A stretch of 64,000 nt of DNA from Eledone cirrhosa (GCA_964016885.1 OZ024741.1:185814001-185878000), one strand, 5' to 3'. Shown: positions 40,941-55,846, counted from the first letter of the stretch. Numbers and translations: made by a program. Notes: generated from the letters alone by a model not told the origin.

Positions 40941-41722
40941 GATACATAGCTTAGTGGTTAGACTACTGATCGTAATGATAACTGCAAAATGAATTACACC
41001 AAATGATAACACAAATAACATATGAAAGTATGAAAGTCCCAAACACAGAAAATGAGGTTTATAACAGTCGATCACGATAGATAGTAGTTATGAAAATTGT
41101 GTACATTTCTCTTACAGACGGAAAAAATTGATCGAGGAAAGCATAGATTTGTTTATAAATGATATAATTAATAAATGTAAGAACACGTTCAGAGAATAGC
41201 ACATCGATCTTTCATTTGCTTTTCAACCGTTTTCGATTTACATTTGAAACGTGGGTAAAATATTTTGTTGAAATATACTGAGTAAAACATTACTTTGGTT
41301 TGAGCTTTATATAATTCTACTGCATTCGGTCGGCTTTCTGAAACTTATCAATCATATTTCATCGCACAATGATTCGTAAGAATCCATAGAAATTTATTCA
41401 TAAAAATACGAAAACTAAAAACCTTTTTATCAATAAGAAACCATCAGCATGTCAACAAACTAGATATGTTAAAGGTGAACTTTAAAATTGATTACAAACA
41501 CGAATATTACAATGTTACAACAACTAATCGTAGAAATTACATTCTCACCATGGCTCCCATTTCGATTATAACATTTGCAACATAAACGTACACACAATAA
41601 CATATATACATACATACACACGCACACACTCACAAGCACACACATACACACTCTCTCTCTCTCTCACACGCTCACGCACACACACACGCACACACACATA
41701 CACACACACACACATATATATG

Positions 41723-42930
41723 CTAGAGTAAAACATGTCCAGAGAATTATTTGATAATATATATATACATCATCTCTATTCCCAAATAAAAACCACACAA
41801 AAAATCAATTAACCAGGCAATAAGAATAAAAGGCATCTATGAAGAAATAGTGTTAGAGCTCTTCAGGGGACAAAGTCGCTAGGACATATTATTTTCCGAA
41901 GTGGCCCCCGCCAAACACGAGTTCAAAATGGTTGAAAACTGTGACGTGGCAGTGGTCAAGTCAGGAAGGGTGTGATTGGTTGATTACGGCGAGTGGGTTG
42001 GTTGCTAGAAAGCGCAGCCTAATATCGCCCAAATTTTATCTCAACCTTATGGGAGATTATTAAACATAAAAATATTTACACACACACCAATTAAACAAAG
42101 TCAGAGGTATATATGTGTTTTGGCAACTTTTCACGTTGTGGCTCAATGAAGAATTGATAAATTAAACAATCAGAGCAAAATACTAGAGTAAAACATGTCC
42201 AGAGAATTATTTGATAATATATATACATCATCTCTATTCAGCATAATTAACCACACAAAAAATTAATTAGACAAGGCTATAAGAATAAAAGGCATCTATG
42301 AAGAAATAGTAAATAAATATACCATTGAGGCGTCTTCGCGCACAACCGCTATAGAATATTTACCCAACATTTCAACAGCACGTGGAAATTAATTACATAT
42401 ACGGTCAACCATACATAATTAGGTAAAAATTAATGTTAGAAATGCTTATATACATACCAGGATTAAATCACTAAATCCCGACCCTCGGGTTTCGCTCACT
42501 TTTGAGATACCTTATTGAGGAAATACTCGAGTGTTAGAGCTCTTCAGGGGACAAACTCGCTAGGACATATTATTTTCCGAAGTGGCCCCTGCCAAACACG
42601 AGTTCAAAATGGTTGAGAACTGTGACGTTGCAGTGGTCAAGTCAGGAAGGGTGTGATTGGTTGCGTACGGCGAGTGGGTTGGTTGCTAGAAGGCGCAGCC
42701 TAATGTCGCCCAAATTTTATCTCAACCTTATGGGAGATTATTAAATATAATGGTGTATGTGTAAATATTTTTACTTTTAATAATCTCCCATAAGGTTGAG
42801 ATAAAATTTGGGCGATATTAGCCTGCGCTTTCTAGCAACCAACCCACTCGCCGTAAGCAACCAATCATACCCTTCCTGACTTGACCACTGCAACGTCACA
42901 GTTCTCAACCATTTTGAACTCGTGTTTGGC
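41723..42930 (-). mobile_element. Penelope-like pLTR-type element: partial tandem plus inverted duplication with a hammerhead
   Basis: 41723-41850 matches 42183-42310; 41851-42070 matches 42531-42750; 42777-42930 is the reverse complement of about 42590-42745; ribozyme at 42475-42552. Confidence 0.7.
42475..42552 (-). ncRNA. Type I hammerhead ribozyme, canonical core
   Basis: GUCCC-CUGAAGA-GCUC(39 nt)GAGC-GAAA-CCC-GA-GGG-UC-GGGAU; GUC cleavage triplet; all three stems paired. Confidence 0.85.
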
Positions 42931-42934
42931 ATAT

Positions 42935-43155
42935 GAAGGCGTGTGGCTGAGTGGTTAGAGAATTGGATTCGCAATCGTAAGGTTGTGAGTTCGATTCCTG
43001 GACCAGGTGATGCGTTATGTCCTTGAGCAAGACACTTTATTTCACGTTGCTCCTTCTACCTGGTGTTGCGACCGATAGATAGTATTAGCAATTGGAAAGA
43101 CCAACGGAAACATTGTTCCCTCGGTCCGATTTGACGAAAGTCGATCGTTCCTTTA
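42935..43155 (+). mobile_element. tRNA-derived SINE family B
   Basis: A and B boxes; GTCCTTGAGCAAGACACTTTATTTCACGTTGCTCC central domain. Confidence 0.82.
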
Positions 43156-43835
43156 TATATATATATATATATTTATACGGCCACCGAGCTTATACCCATC
43201 GGTAGAGTATACCTTATTCTATTTTCTCCACGGTTACTTACATACATGTAGCATTGTCCTATGTTCCCCCTTCTATTCGGTATGTTTATTTCGTTTTTAC
43301 CTCTTTCCCATTTTCCTTTCTTCCTCTCTCTTCACTGTCACTTCTTTCCCTCATGGCCTTTTGATCGATAAAAGGCCGCTTGCGCGCTACGGCTCGATGT
43401 CCTGTATTAAGCGCCGAAACATTTATGGTCAGTAGTAAACAGCTGAAGAAGTGCTACTTTTTTTCTCTTGATTACGTCTATATTACCTTCCTACACTATA
43501 TATATATATGTATATGTGTGTGTGTGTCTGTGCGTGTGCGTGTGTATGTGTGTGTGTTTGCTTGGATATATACTACGGAAATCTTTCGCAAACCAAATAT
43601 GAATTTGTAGTTTATGCCATACATTAGTTAAAGCTGTAGCAACCCATTCAATAGCTAACACAGGTACATACTTGTCTTTTCTTCAAATGTTCCATTTAAA
43701 CATACAGGATTTCAAATTTGTGAGGAGAGGTGATGACCCCGATGGGATTTCAAGCCTGAGCATAGAGTGTAGTAATAAATATCCTACACACGTATTCTCT
43801 CTTTCTCTCACCCCCTCTCTCTCTCTCTCGCTCTC

Positions 43836-43948
<113 letters not shown>

Positions 43949-44594
43949 TATATACACATATATATATGCATATAATATATATACACACATATACATATAT
44001 ATATATATATGTATATATATGCAATCATACATGCATACATACATGCATACATACATACATATATACATATATACATTCATACAAATCTTATTCAATTTAG
44101 CATTTGTTTAATTTCCTGATTTTAAATAAATCAACCATAACTTTTTGACACAACCTTTTGACAGTGTCCATGCCAACGTAGGCATGTGCATAAAATCAAT
44201 GAACGCACTCCTTACCGAATACGAACCACACTCAGGCATCACTACACATCACCATCCGCAACACTCTACACAGATGTATCAGGTTTTATTTTTTTAAATG
44301 AATGAAAGCTGATATATTAATTGGCTTTAGTGTTATACGACTTTACAAGTCATAGAAATGAACATTTTCTATTAAATTATGTCAAACAAATATGAAATGC
44401 CGAGATGGAATTTATGGATTTCGAAATTTAATCTCACGCCTTTAAGACTTGCTTCTAGTGAGATAAATGATATCGTAGATACATGGATCTAACGTGTTAT
44501 AATATTCGAAAGGGCATTTGATGTTTATAACATCATTGTTATAGTATAGGCAGAATAAATGTGGAGATAGAGATCGGTTGAAAGTGATTCGAGT

Positions 44595-44685
<91 letters not shown>

Positions 44686-44987
44686 GAAGAGAGAATGAAC
44701 GGTGAGAATTTGTCAAATAATTGGTTCGATTCTTACTTTAAATTGTATTTCGTAGAAGTCATGTGCATGTTAAGTACCGATGCTGTGCATATATAGTCAC
44801 ACACAGAGATAGATAATGATACACGAGAATAAGAACACGCAAGCACTGTCTTGCATGCCGAAGCTTTTGCACGTACAACTTAAATATGTATTTCAACAAA
44901 CATATATATTCATTCTCACACACACACACACACGCACATTATATAAATATATAATGTGCATGTGTGTGTGTGAGAATGAATATATAA

Positions 44988-45175
44988 GGGCGGTGGATTG
45001 GCAGTATCGGTAGAGGGTCGGACGCCATCGTTTGCAGCATAGTTACGTCCCTTTACGGACTGAGTTCAAATCCCGCCGAGGTTAACTTTGCCTTTCATCC
45101 TTACAGGGTCGATAAAATAAAGTACCAGTAATGCACTGGGTAATTGCTGGCATTGTGCCAAAAGTGGAAACAATT
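44988..45175 (+). mobile_element. SINE family A
   Basis: Full family A sequence. Confidence 0.9.
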
Positions 45176-45256
45176 ATATAAATATATAATAGTAGAATAA
45201 TTGTGGGTTATAGCCGTAGTAGTAGAACACTCAGTCCATGGGACAAGTTTGGTAGA

Positions 45257-45457
45257 AGTAGTTCCATAACAGTTAGTTCACCATACCGAGAACAAATGTT
45301 GCACTTGTTCGGATCCTCAGCTTGGTCTAAGTGAAGTTGTGCGTATTCGTACCTTTGTTTTTCCTTTTCCGTACAACTTTATTTAGACCGCGCTGAAGTT
45401 CCGAATAAGGTGAAACATTTCTTCTCGGTATGGTGAACGAACTGGTATGGAACTACT
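45257..45457. repeat. Foldback element
   Basis: AGTAGTTCCATA..TTCACCATACCGAGAA and its reverse complement TTCTCGGTATGGTGAA..TATGGAACTACT. Confidence 0.8.
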
Positions 45458-45475
45458 TTTTTTTTCCCATTTCAG

Positions 45476-45785
45476 GTAGACGACGCACTACATCATCCAC
45501 CTTTCCAAAAGAAGTATATCATACACAAAACGCCACCATCAACAATTTTCCAAGAGATGGCAACATGAATGGACCTGTTATTTTTCTTTAAAACATTGTT
45601 TTCCAATTCTGCCCCCCCCCCCCTCCCTCCCCAACCACCCGTCTCTTCAATCTTCCTAATTTCTCTTCTTTCTTCTGATGATGGACTAGCGTCCGAAACA
45701 TTAAGATCATCTTCCTCGTATTTCAAGCGTTTAACTAATATATCCCTTCTATACCGATTGTGTTGTTATTTCTGTTTACCTTTTA
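45476..45785 (+). mobile_element. ~300-bp hammerhead-bearing short element, copy 2
   Basis: Homologous to 34543-34840; core UCUU-CUGAUGA-U-GGAC-UAGC-GUCC-GAAA-CA-UU-AAGA at 45671-45706. Confidence 0.75.
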
Positions 45786-45805
45786 CACACACACACACAC
45801 ACACA

Positions 45806-45870
<65 letters not shown>

Positions 45871-46667
45871 TTAATGTAGAAATGTTTATGTTGGGTGTAA
45901 AGTAGAGGTTTAGTATTTGGAATGTTTTTATTTATAGTTGTATCGTAGGTGAAATAGGCAGAGTTTAAATATATGTATCAAGTAAACATTAATTCCACAG
46001 TTTTTGTTGCCATTTCTACATGAACTCTAATATAAACATTTTTGAATGCTACTAACTTGTCTTATTTTACTTATATTATTCGCATTACATAACGTTTATA
46101 CATCCTATCATTATATATCTATTTTTTTTAACATTCTGTATGTAATAAGCTTGATATATTCACTTTCTGCTTTACCTCACGCATGTTTTTATTAATATAA
46201 GTATATTTTGCTTCATATACCCTTATCATAACACCTTTATATGCTATGATACCTTTCTACTGTAATATGTATTTGCTTGATATCTATTTGCACCTGTATT
46301 GCCTTTATGCATAACTTTCTCTATAATTTGCTTATTATAATCACTTTAAGTAATAACCTCTTCACAAGAGACCCCAATATTTTGCCATCTGTTTACTATA
46401 ATATCATTTTGTTACTCTTATTTTCAATATGATGTCACTGACACTGTTCATAATATTGTATCTTAATGAATCTTCTAAGGACTAGGAATGTAATTACTTG
46501 TTTAAACACTGTGTAAGCTGCGATGATTCCAGACAGTTATCTGGAAGAAACGACCGTCAGCAATTAAGTGTATTAAGCAAAAATTTGATTGCTTTATATT
46601 TTGTTTATACATATATATATAATTATTAGAGAGAGGAGAGAGAGTGAGAGATAGATAGATAGAGAGG

Positions 46668-46756
<89 letters not shown>

Positions 46757-46941
46757 AGAGAGAATAGGAAAATGACGACAGTAGCCACGCGATTCCAAGT
46801 AAACAGTGCCATGATGTCTTCGAGGCAATCCAAATTAAAGGGGAGCGAACAAAGTTGATGTCTTTGAAGCTTTCACCCGTTCCCTTGTATATATATGTGT
46901 GTGTGTGTGTGTGTAGATGTTTGTGTGTGTGCGTGGTTGTT

Positions 46942-47082
<141 letters not shown>

Positions 47083-47109
47083 AAATACTTCATTAGCCCT
47101 GTATATATG

Positions 47110-47750
47110 TTTTCCACATTGCTGTAACTGTTAATATGTTTATTGGCGTGGCTATCTGTTCAATGGATTGTATTGTATATTGTTTTGGCCACTACATCAT
47201 GCCTCATATGTAGATAGTAACGTGATGATATCCTTGGACAGCTGCCTATGACATGATTGACATCTTCCATGTTAATTCTGGAGAGTTTTCATTTGTTGTC
47301 TCATCTAGGTGTTTGCCTGTATCCCTATCTCTTTTGTGTGTCAGGTATTTTGTATTGATTTCCGCTTCTTGGATTGCAACTGCATATCCTTCAAAGTGGG
47401 AGCCAATATAACGTTATTGATCCAAGATAGACAACTTTGTGTATCTATATTACTTTCATTCTGAAGTTTCTAACTATATATTCATCCATAGCTTTTTGCT
47501 GATAAGCTTGCAGTTTTTCATGCATGGATTCACTCCGGAATTTCTGGCCAATTTCCCTTGATGTGAGTTTTTGATTATTGTACCGGGAGTATTTTTCAAG
47601 CAATTCCTTCCCAACTCTCATGATCTTATCTGTCTGATGCAGACAAACTTGCTCAATTGATGGGATCTTACGCTTGGTGGTTCGTAGCTGTTTTCGGAGA
47701 AATATGATGCAACACTCAAACGCTGTCTGGACTGATTTTAGGCTTCTGCG
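47110..47750 (-). mobile_element. R4/Dong-like (RLE-type) non-LTR retrotransposon fragment
   Basis: SHFEGYAVAIQEAEINTKY and EDVNHVIGSCPRISSRYYLHMRHDVVAKTI, i.e. the zinc-knuckle/RHD region. Confidence 0.72.
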
Positions 47751-48050
47751 TATACATATATATGTATGTATGTATGTACGTATGTATGTATGTACGTACC
47801 TATGTATGTATGCATGTACGTATGTATATATGTAAGTATGTATGCATATACGTACCTATGTATGCATGTATGCATGTATATATGTATGTATTAATCAATA
47901 AATATTAAAAAAACGGGCAAAATATATAACATGACATTTGGGTTTCTGTTACCCAATTGCTGTATGATTGATTAAAACTTTATGAAACGGAAAGCATATA
48001 TTGTACTTAACTACAACGTCAATAATTAACGTAGATACAACTAATATAAC

Positions 48051-48237
48051 TGTTTCTACTTTTGGCACAAGGCCAACAACTACCCAGTGTATTACTGGTA
48101 CTTTATTTTTTTATCGACCCCGTAAGGATGAAAGGCAAAGTTAACCTCGGCGGGATTTGAACTCAGACCGTAAAGGGACGTAACTCTATGCTTCAAAGCA
48201 TGGTGTCCGACTCTCTACCGATACTGCCAATCCACCG
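48051..48237 (-). mobile_element. SINE family A with TSD
   Basis: Family A sequence; AACTAATATAAC on both sides. Confidence 0.88.
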
Positions 48238-49211
48238 TCCATAAAACTAATATAACGCCATTTATAGCATTTCTGAACTTTCTGATAAACACTTAGACCA
48301 TATCGTCCAGATCTAAGGAGTAATATACAACACGAACCTCCAAACCTGCCTGCTAAGCACCGAAGGTACATGAAATATGTAAATTTTAATGGAAAAATAT
48401 AATTTGTAAATGTTATGTTTCAAATCTATTTCGTCGGGAAAGATATCTACGGCCCTTTTCCGTTAGTTGACTATGCATTTATAATAAAGAAACTTAGATT
48501 ACATTAAGAGAAAATCAGATAACACAACTAGAGAAAAAAAACACATTAATTGCTAACATTACCACCCTCAGAGAATTCCTCTAAAAATGTGAAGGTTACG
48601 TACGACACTTTCTTAATAACGAAACGCAAACGCATTTCAACATATAGAGAGTAGCAAAATAGGCAATTGTCATATTATCAGTTACATTATAATTCCGCAT
48701 GTGATTATCTGTTGCTAGCAAGTGCCTCAATAAAACATCAGTGCGATCACACAGAATATAGCATCGAGAGGGTCTTGAAAAGTAATTGAACTAAATTAAA
48801 AACAAAGATAATATATAAGACAGAACATGAAAATGAAAAACAAAAAAATGAGAACTCGACCAAAATTGTTTTTTCGCTCAAGGCACATTTAATAGCAAAT
48901 CTACACCCTGTATTCACACAATTTTTAATCGACACGCTACAAAACATAACCTTTTGATGGTGCTATTGAATATAATGTATTATTAATCGGAGGAATGTAT
49001 AGATAAACACATATCAGATTCACAGAAAGTTAAAACTCGATTCCGACGAGCTATACAGATACTATGGATGTTTTTTTTTTGTGCGTTGAAAAAGATGAAC
49101 TGGTTGAGGTATTTATTTGTAAAATGATTGCTTCCGATGAGTTCCACAAAGGTGAAACAATTGTAAATTAAACGATGATATAAATAACAGTGTTTGGTAA
49201 CATATTTTAAT

Positions 49212-49305
<94 letters not shown>

Positions 49306-49321
49306 TAAAATAACAGATTAA

Positions 49322-49372
49322 AGTTTAAGCAAATAATCGCTGCTTTCACCCTTAACGGGATCTTCTGAAACT
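49322..49372 (-). ncRNA. Hammerhead-like fold with variant core CAGAAGA, copy 1
   Basis: AGUUU-CAGAAGA-U-CCC-GUUAA-GGG-U-GAAA-GCA..UGC-UU-AAACU. Confidence 0.6.
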
Positions 49373-49507
49373 AACAAAGTCAATCTATAAACGCAGAAGT
49401 GGATATTTCAAAAAACGTTGCAATCGGAGGAAGACAGGAAAAAGATACTTTGGTTCGTAGAAACGTTCGCTCCCTCTTTGGATTTTAGTCTTCAAATTTA
49501 TTATTAT

Positions 49508-49582
<75 letters not shown>

Positions 49583-49766
49583 TACAGTTTCAAAGATTCC
49601 CACACTGCGACAATGAGGAAGGTATATGCATGAACAGGTAAGCACTAATAAAACCGGTAGACGAAAAATGTATCACTCATGTAGACAACACAAAGATTTG
49701 AACTCAAAGCATTGAAACGAAAACCAGAGAAAGTATCGCAAGTTATTTTGTTCATATATATATATT

Positions 49767-49804
<38 letters not shown>

Positions 49805-49805
49805 T

Positions 49806-49851
<46 letters not shown>

Positions 49852-50734
49852 GCATGTGTATACATATATGTATATATATTTATATATGTGTGCGTGTGTG
49901 TATGTATATATATATATGTGTGTACATATATATATATATGTATGTGTGTGTGTATATATATATATACACATTTTCATGTGTGTATGTATATATATGTATA
50001 TATAACGGGAGAGAGACAGAGAAAGAGAGTGATAAACATATATAAAGGTCCTTACTACGAATTCCTTTTTCACTTCATCGTCAGCCTTCATTATTGAAAA
50101 AAAAATCTAGCAAATCCGCAAGAAACGGTAATACAATTGAATTAAAAATAATTTACCCTTTTACGCGGCCCTGTCAGAATCAATAGAGAATGCTATAGAT
50201 TATAATTAGAGTACATCGAATCGAATCCTTTAAAATGATGTGACGGTGTGAACTCCATGCTTGGTATTTAATTAAGTTTTCGACCAACGATTATTTCCTC
50301 ATATTCTGTACACACCAAATCCCCAGCTTCCAAGTAATTCACACACATCTCTGTCTCTCTCTCTCGCTTTCACGCAGCACGCATTTATATATGTGCGTGT
50401 ATATGTGTGTATAAATCTGTGTATACGTGAGGGTCTGTCTATGTATGTGTGTAAACTTATGTTAGTATGTAAAACAATAATTTGATAACAGCAATGACAA
50501 ATGTAATAAAACATTACGATGGAATTTGAGAGAATATAAAAGTAATTATTGCTTGTTATTATGGTTGTTTTTTACTTTAGTTTTTCATTAGAATCTATTT
50601 TATTATTTGAAAGTATATCCATATGGATGAAATAACATGCGACCTACATGTACCCGGGAACAGAGTATATATGCACAGTTACCAAAAACCGTTATATTCA
50701 CCCAATGAATGCGTTTACAGATTGATTTTTTTTT

Positions 50735-50785
50735 AGTTTCAGAAGATCCCGTTAAGGGTGAAAGCAGCGATTCTATGCTTAAACT
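50735..50785 (+). ncRNA. Hammerhead-like fold with variant core CAGAAGA, copy 2
   Basis: Same fold as 49322-49372; differences confined to loop III. Confidence 0.6.
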
Positions 50786-50895
50786 TTAATCTGTATGACC
50801 GGGTGAGGTTGAAGGAACAGAACAGCGGTCGCCCTCGGGTCCTCGATTTTCAGCCCCATGGATTTTATCTATTACATTCCCGTATTATATTTCGA

Positions 50896-50953
50896 ATACC
50901 TGATGATATCACCGGATTCATACGGAACCCGGTCATTGAAATGATCATAGTAT
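50896..50953 (+). ncRNA. Type I hammerhead ribozyme
   Basis: AUAC-CUGAUGA-UAUCACCGG..CCGGUCAUU-GAAA-UGAUCA-UA-GUAU; palindromic stem III AUGAUCAU. Confidence 0.72.
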
Positions 50954-51069
50954 AATAAACCTTTCAAGGATTTACACAAATCCAGCCTCCTGTCATTTCA
51001 TTATTATATATATAAAGTACCAGTAATGCACTGGGTAATTGCTGGCGTTGTGCCTAAAGTAGAAACAAT

Positions 51070-51130
<61 letters not shown>

Positions 51131-51232
51131 ATTAAATAGTAAAAAGGAACAAAACATTGTTTTTTCTTTTTATTATTTATTTTTTATATATATATATCAA
51201 CTCGTGTGTCAATTCTCTACATTCCATATATA

Positions 51233-51290
<58 letters not shown>

Positions 51291-51374
51291 AAAATGGAAC
51301 GGGAACAAAACAGAGAGGCAGTACGAACAAAGGTTTATTAGATTCACGCTCTTGAGAGTTGGGGGTGGTGGGGA

Positions 51375-51406
51375 ACGACGTTTCGGGTATAAGCCCTTCT
51401 TCAGGC
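51375..51406 (-). ncRNA. Minimal hammerhead core
   Basis: C-CUGAAGA-A-GGG-CUUAUA-CCC-GAAA-CG-UC-G; stem I only 2 bp; homologous element at 60950-61045. Confidence 0.6.
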
Positions 51407-51712
51407 GAAAAGTGTGTGGGAAGAGAGTTCCAAGGGTGTGTAGGGGAGTGGGGGAGATACATTTAGACAAATAAAATTAATAATAATAAAAATAAAAATA
51501 AAAATAAACATGAAGATAAACAAGTGGTGGAAGGGTGTGGGGCGTGTAGGGGTGGTGGCGGGTTGAGTGTGGAGAGAGAGGCGGGGGTGTCCGAGCGGGG
51601 ACGGCTATATATATATATTTGTATGTATATATTTATATATATATATATATATATACATATATACATACATAAAGACAGTCAGAGAGATAGGGAGAGAGAG
51701 ATGTATGGGAAA

Positions 51713-51872
51713 AAAAGAAAAGTTTCTTGAGCCTAAGCAGATGTGTGAGGCCTTTCAAAGGCACTTTGCCCGACTGTTCGGGAGGGGCGGGGAGCCGGTT
51801 GGGAACGTGGACTTCGGTCCATACCTCGACGGCCTGCCGCGCCTCTCGGACAGGGAGGCGAAGTCCTGCGTG
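51713..51872 (+). mobile_element. Tx1 ORF2 fragment
   Basis: LEPKQMCEAFQRHFARLFGRGG..DFGPYLDGLPRLS matches the 12650-12760 region; followed by (TAGA)n. Confidence 0.8.
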
Positions 51873-52193
51873 ATATATAGATAGATAGATAGATAGATAG
51901 ATTGGTAGATAGATAATTAGATAGATAGATAGAACTAGATTTAAAGGTGTCTGAGTGTCTACTGTATATATATTTGTGTGTGGGCTTCTACGTGTATGAA
52001 TATGTTTCAATCAGCCTATATACCTGTGTATCTTATCTGTATATGAGAGTGTACATGCAAGCAACACATTTCGTTCTAGTGTAGAATAGCAGACGATCAC
52101 AGGTTTTACCCTCTCTATTAGCCACCATAACTTTTGATTAGATGAAAATTCCCTAATTAATATATTATATTTATTTGTGGAGCTTTGTTTTGG

Positions 52194-52234
<41 letters not shown>

Positions 52235-52906
52235 ACTGCATATGTTGGTATTCATGTTAGTATTATTGTCGTTATATTCTTTTTCCATTATTTCACAGCC
52301 AATATTGATCCGAAAGTTAAAATCTAATATTGGAAGAAATTAGCCTGTCATTCAGAAGCGTAAAACGACAACAACAAGAACAACAACAACAGTAATAATA
52401 ATAATAATGAGAAGAAGAAGAAGAAGAAGAAGAAGAAGAAGAAGAAGAAGAAGAAGAAGAAGAAGAAGAAACATTTACATAAAGTTCGCCGTTCCGTTTA
52501 AGAAACCTTATGGAATGTCAAATAATGTTACATCGCAGCGCAACGCAACCGGTGAAAAATACTAATTAACCAATAATTCTTCTATATATTTCATTTTGTT
52601 TTTACAGTCGCCATCATCGTCTCCAGCATAATCATCCATATTATAATCATTGGGGTCATGAACATCAACATCATCTTTCTCTCCATCAACACCACCATCG
52701 TCATCATCACAATCATCATTATCATGCTCCTAAATTGCTGTGTTTATCGTCAACAATATCATAATCATCGTCGTTGCTGTTCTCTTCTTCATCCATTTCG
52801 GTGTAACTGGCTGTAATTTCACATATTTACTGCCTTTATATCGACTAGAGGTGCAAGCGATTATTGCGAATCTGGGCGTAACAAATATTACACAAGGCCA
52901 GTATTT

Positions 52907-53090
52907 TCGGTGGATTGGTGGTATCGGTAGAGGGTCGGACGCCATGCTTTCAAGCATAGTTACGTCCCTTTACGATCTGAGTTCAAATCCCGCCGAGGTT
53001 GACTTTGCCTTTCATCCTTACGGGGTCGATCAAATAAAGTACCAGTAATGCACTGGGTAATTGCTGGCCTTGTGCCTAAAGTAGAAACAA
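52907..53090 (+). mobile_element. SINE family A
   Basis: Full family A sequence. Confidence 0.9.
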
Positions 53091-53923
53091 GTATTTTATT
53101 CTAAACCAATAACTTATTGTTTTTCTCATATATATTTATGTCCTATGCAACAACAAATGATGTTTAAATGATAGTGCTGATTTGCAACCCTTTACGGATG
53201 CTAACATTCGTAAGGCACATGCAATATTTGTCGAAATATGGTTTTCTTATCCTGTTATGGGAAACGAAGCTAATGAAACATGAAATTTAAAATGGAACTA
53301 TTCTATTTTTTACGACGTGCAAGGAATACATTTAGATGTGATGTATTGAAATGCGGCGGTATTCAAGGATATCCTAACATTTTAATTTTAACCCTAAACA
53401 ACTATAGCAATTTTGCTATGATGTGTATGACCTTTCGCAATGCTTTAACAACTGAATTGAAAAGTTAGCTTGAAACTATGGCCTGCATATTTGAGAGTTC
53501 TAGTGTTTATAGCAGGGGCTCTTTTTTCATAGAAAATCAGCTTACTTGAATTTGATAAATTTACTCATAAATCATTTAGATATAAAATTAGAAGAGCTGG
53601 TCATGATTAGAATACTTTGATAAAAGGTTTGCTTACCTAAAGCGTCACGTAATTGCGATGTTTGCCAATAAATTGTTTAAGATGCCTCAATATAAAAAGG
53701 CTTAAATCACAGAATAGGAAAGTCCAAACAAACAGGGTGGTTTCTCGGGCGTCAGTTACTTGTAGAGATGGCTACGTCTAAATCGGTAGATTGTATTGTG
53801 AGACTGCATCAAAAAGATCTGACCTTGAGCAGCTTTCATTTGATATCCTAATCATATACATAACGAGTGAAAAGATGACTTGTTAACTATAACATGACAC
53901 AGAAAATAAATTGCTCATTATTT

Positions 53924-53988
<65 letters not shown>

Positions 53989-53994
53989 ATACGC

Positions 53995-54025
<31 letters not shown>

Positions 54026-54103
54026 GAAACAGACAAGAATAAAGAAATAAAGAAATTAATTAAAAATGGCGTATGCATTACAATACAACGAGGAAACATA
54101 ATA

Positions 54104-54149
54104 GTACCACTGATGATGTCACAGATGTGTGACGAAAGAACTTTGATAC
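54104..54149 (+). ncRNA. Type I hammerhead ribozyme in a Penelope-like 3' repeat
   Basis: GUACCA-CUGAUGA-U-GUCAC-AGAUGU-GUGAC-GAAA-GAAC-UU-UGAUAC; 54060-54345 is homologous to 60180-60468. Confidence 0.7.
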
Positions 54150-55151
54150 ACTATATATATATATATATATTTATATCTGTACGTCTAACCGTTGGTCGAT
54201 CAATAATAAACATTCATTGCCAGATAAATTAACTATGGAGATATAAAAGATACAGAAGCTAAAACCAACCCAAACCAAACAGTGAGTGTGCTCTGTTATT
54301 ATTTCTGGCAATATCATAACAATATGACCCTCCCATAATAACAATATATATATATATATATATATATATCGTAGGTTCACTTCGGTCACGAAATAATATG
54401 GTCTTGCACCTCGAATGCTCCACACCTAGGCACAAGCGTCGCCAAGTTGAGCATATGGCAGACCAGCAGTTGCTTATGCATGCCAGTCCCTCCTTCTACT
54501 TTTTATCGATATTGTCCAAGGGAAATGCCAATGAATGATACAGTTTGGCACCAGTTACGTCGCAGCTCATTAATACAGCTAAGTGAACTGGTGTAACGTA
54601 AAATAATGTGTTTCATGCACTGCAGTGACGTTAAGATAAAAGTTGAGCCGCCAAAAACTTAGATTTGTAGCCATGTGCTTCTAACCGTCGAGTCTGCATA
54701 CGCTGACACTCCTCCACTGTACATAAAGAGGGCAATGCAACATGCTTGTGCTAAACACTTAGCTTCCAGCCCACTCCGCAATGATGTGTCCAGAGATAAT
54801 CCAAGGAAAGATAACCGGACAGTTACGAAGATCGCATGTGGGAATTCCATGCAGTTTAAACTCTACAGGAGGTTTAGCTGTACTCACCACGTTTGGGCAA
54901 TTGCAGGCTGGTGACGCTATTAGATACATAGTCGGGGTGGATTGCTGTTGATTCTGTGGGGTTCCCCCGCCATTTGGCATGTCCTGCATTTGTGCTGCTG
55001 TGTTTCCACTTAAACTCCTCAGCGGACCAGTGTCGGCTAGGGAAGCCAGTTTAGTCACCGACTACCCAACCATGAAACATGTACTGGGCTACATGGTACC
55101 AGTAGCAGGCAGAGACCTGACATGACAATATATAAATAAATATATATACAT

Positions 55152-55445
<294 letters not shown>

Positions 55446-55670
55446 AGCTAGGGAGTGTAACTTGGACTTACTGTAGGTTAAACTTTAATCTGTTATTTTA
55501 ATAAATATATATATATATATATAGGAGGTGAGTTTTATTGTAGTACAATAAAGCAATGCAGATATCGGATAAGAAGCACTCTACAGTTTGTAGGACTGGA
55601 GTATACATAAATGCGCATAATAAAATACATGGAACTCTTTTAACCATCTCGTGTTCATATATATTATATA

Positions 55671-55741
<71 letters not shown>

Positions 55742-55846
55742 GGTCAGATAGATACGGATCGAACCATGAGCTGATCAGTGGCGAAACACAAGCCACCTAC
55801 CAATAAGTGCAATGAAGGAGTAACCAATCACCCTTGTATCTTTTCA

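Noticed and set aside
43410-43455. Permuted (type II-like) hammerhead AGCGCC-GAAA..GUC..CUGAAGA-AGUGCU
   Set aside because: Stem I does not pair (A-G next to the core) and stem III is irregular
49134-49168. Hammerhead-like CCGATGA..GAAA-CAATTG-TA
   Set aside because: U4 is changed to C and stems I and II are poor; single decayed copy
54659-54850. GGVSAYAD resembling an RT YADD motif
   Set aside because: No other RT motifs in flanking frames; too short to call
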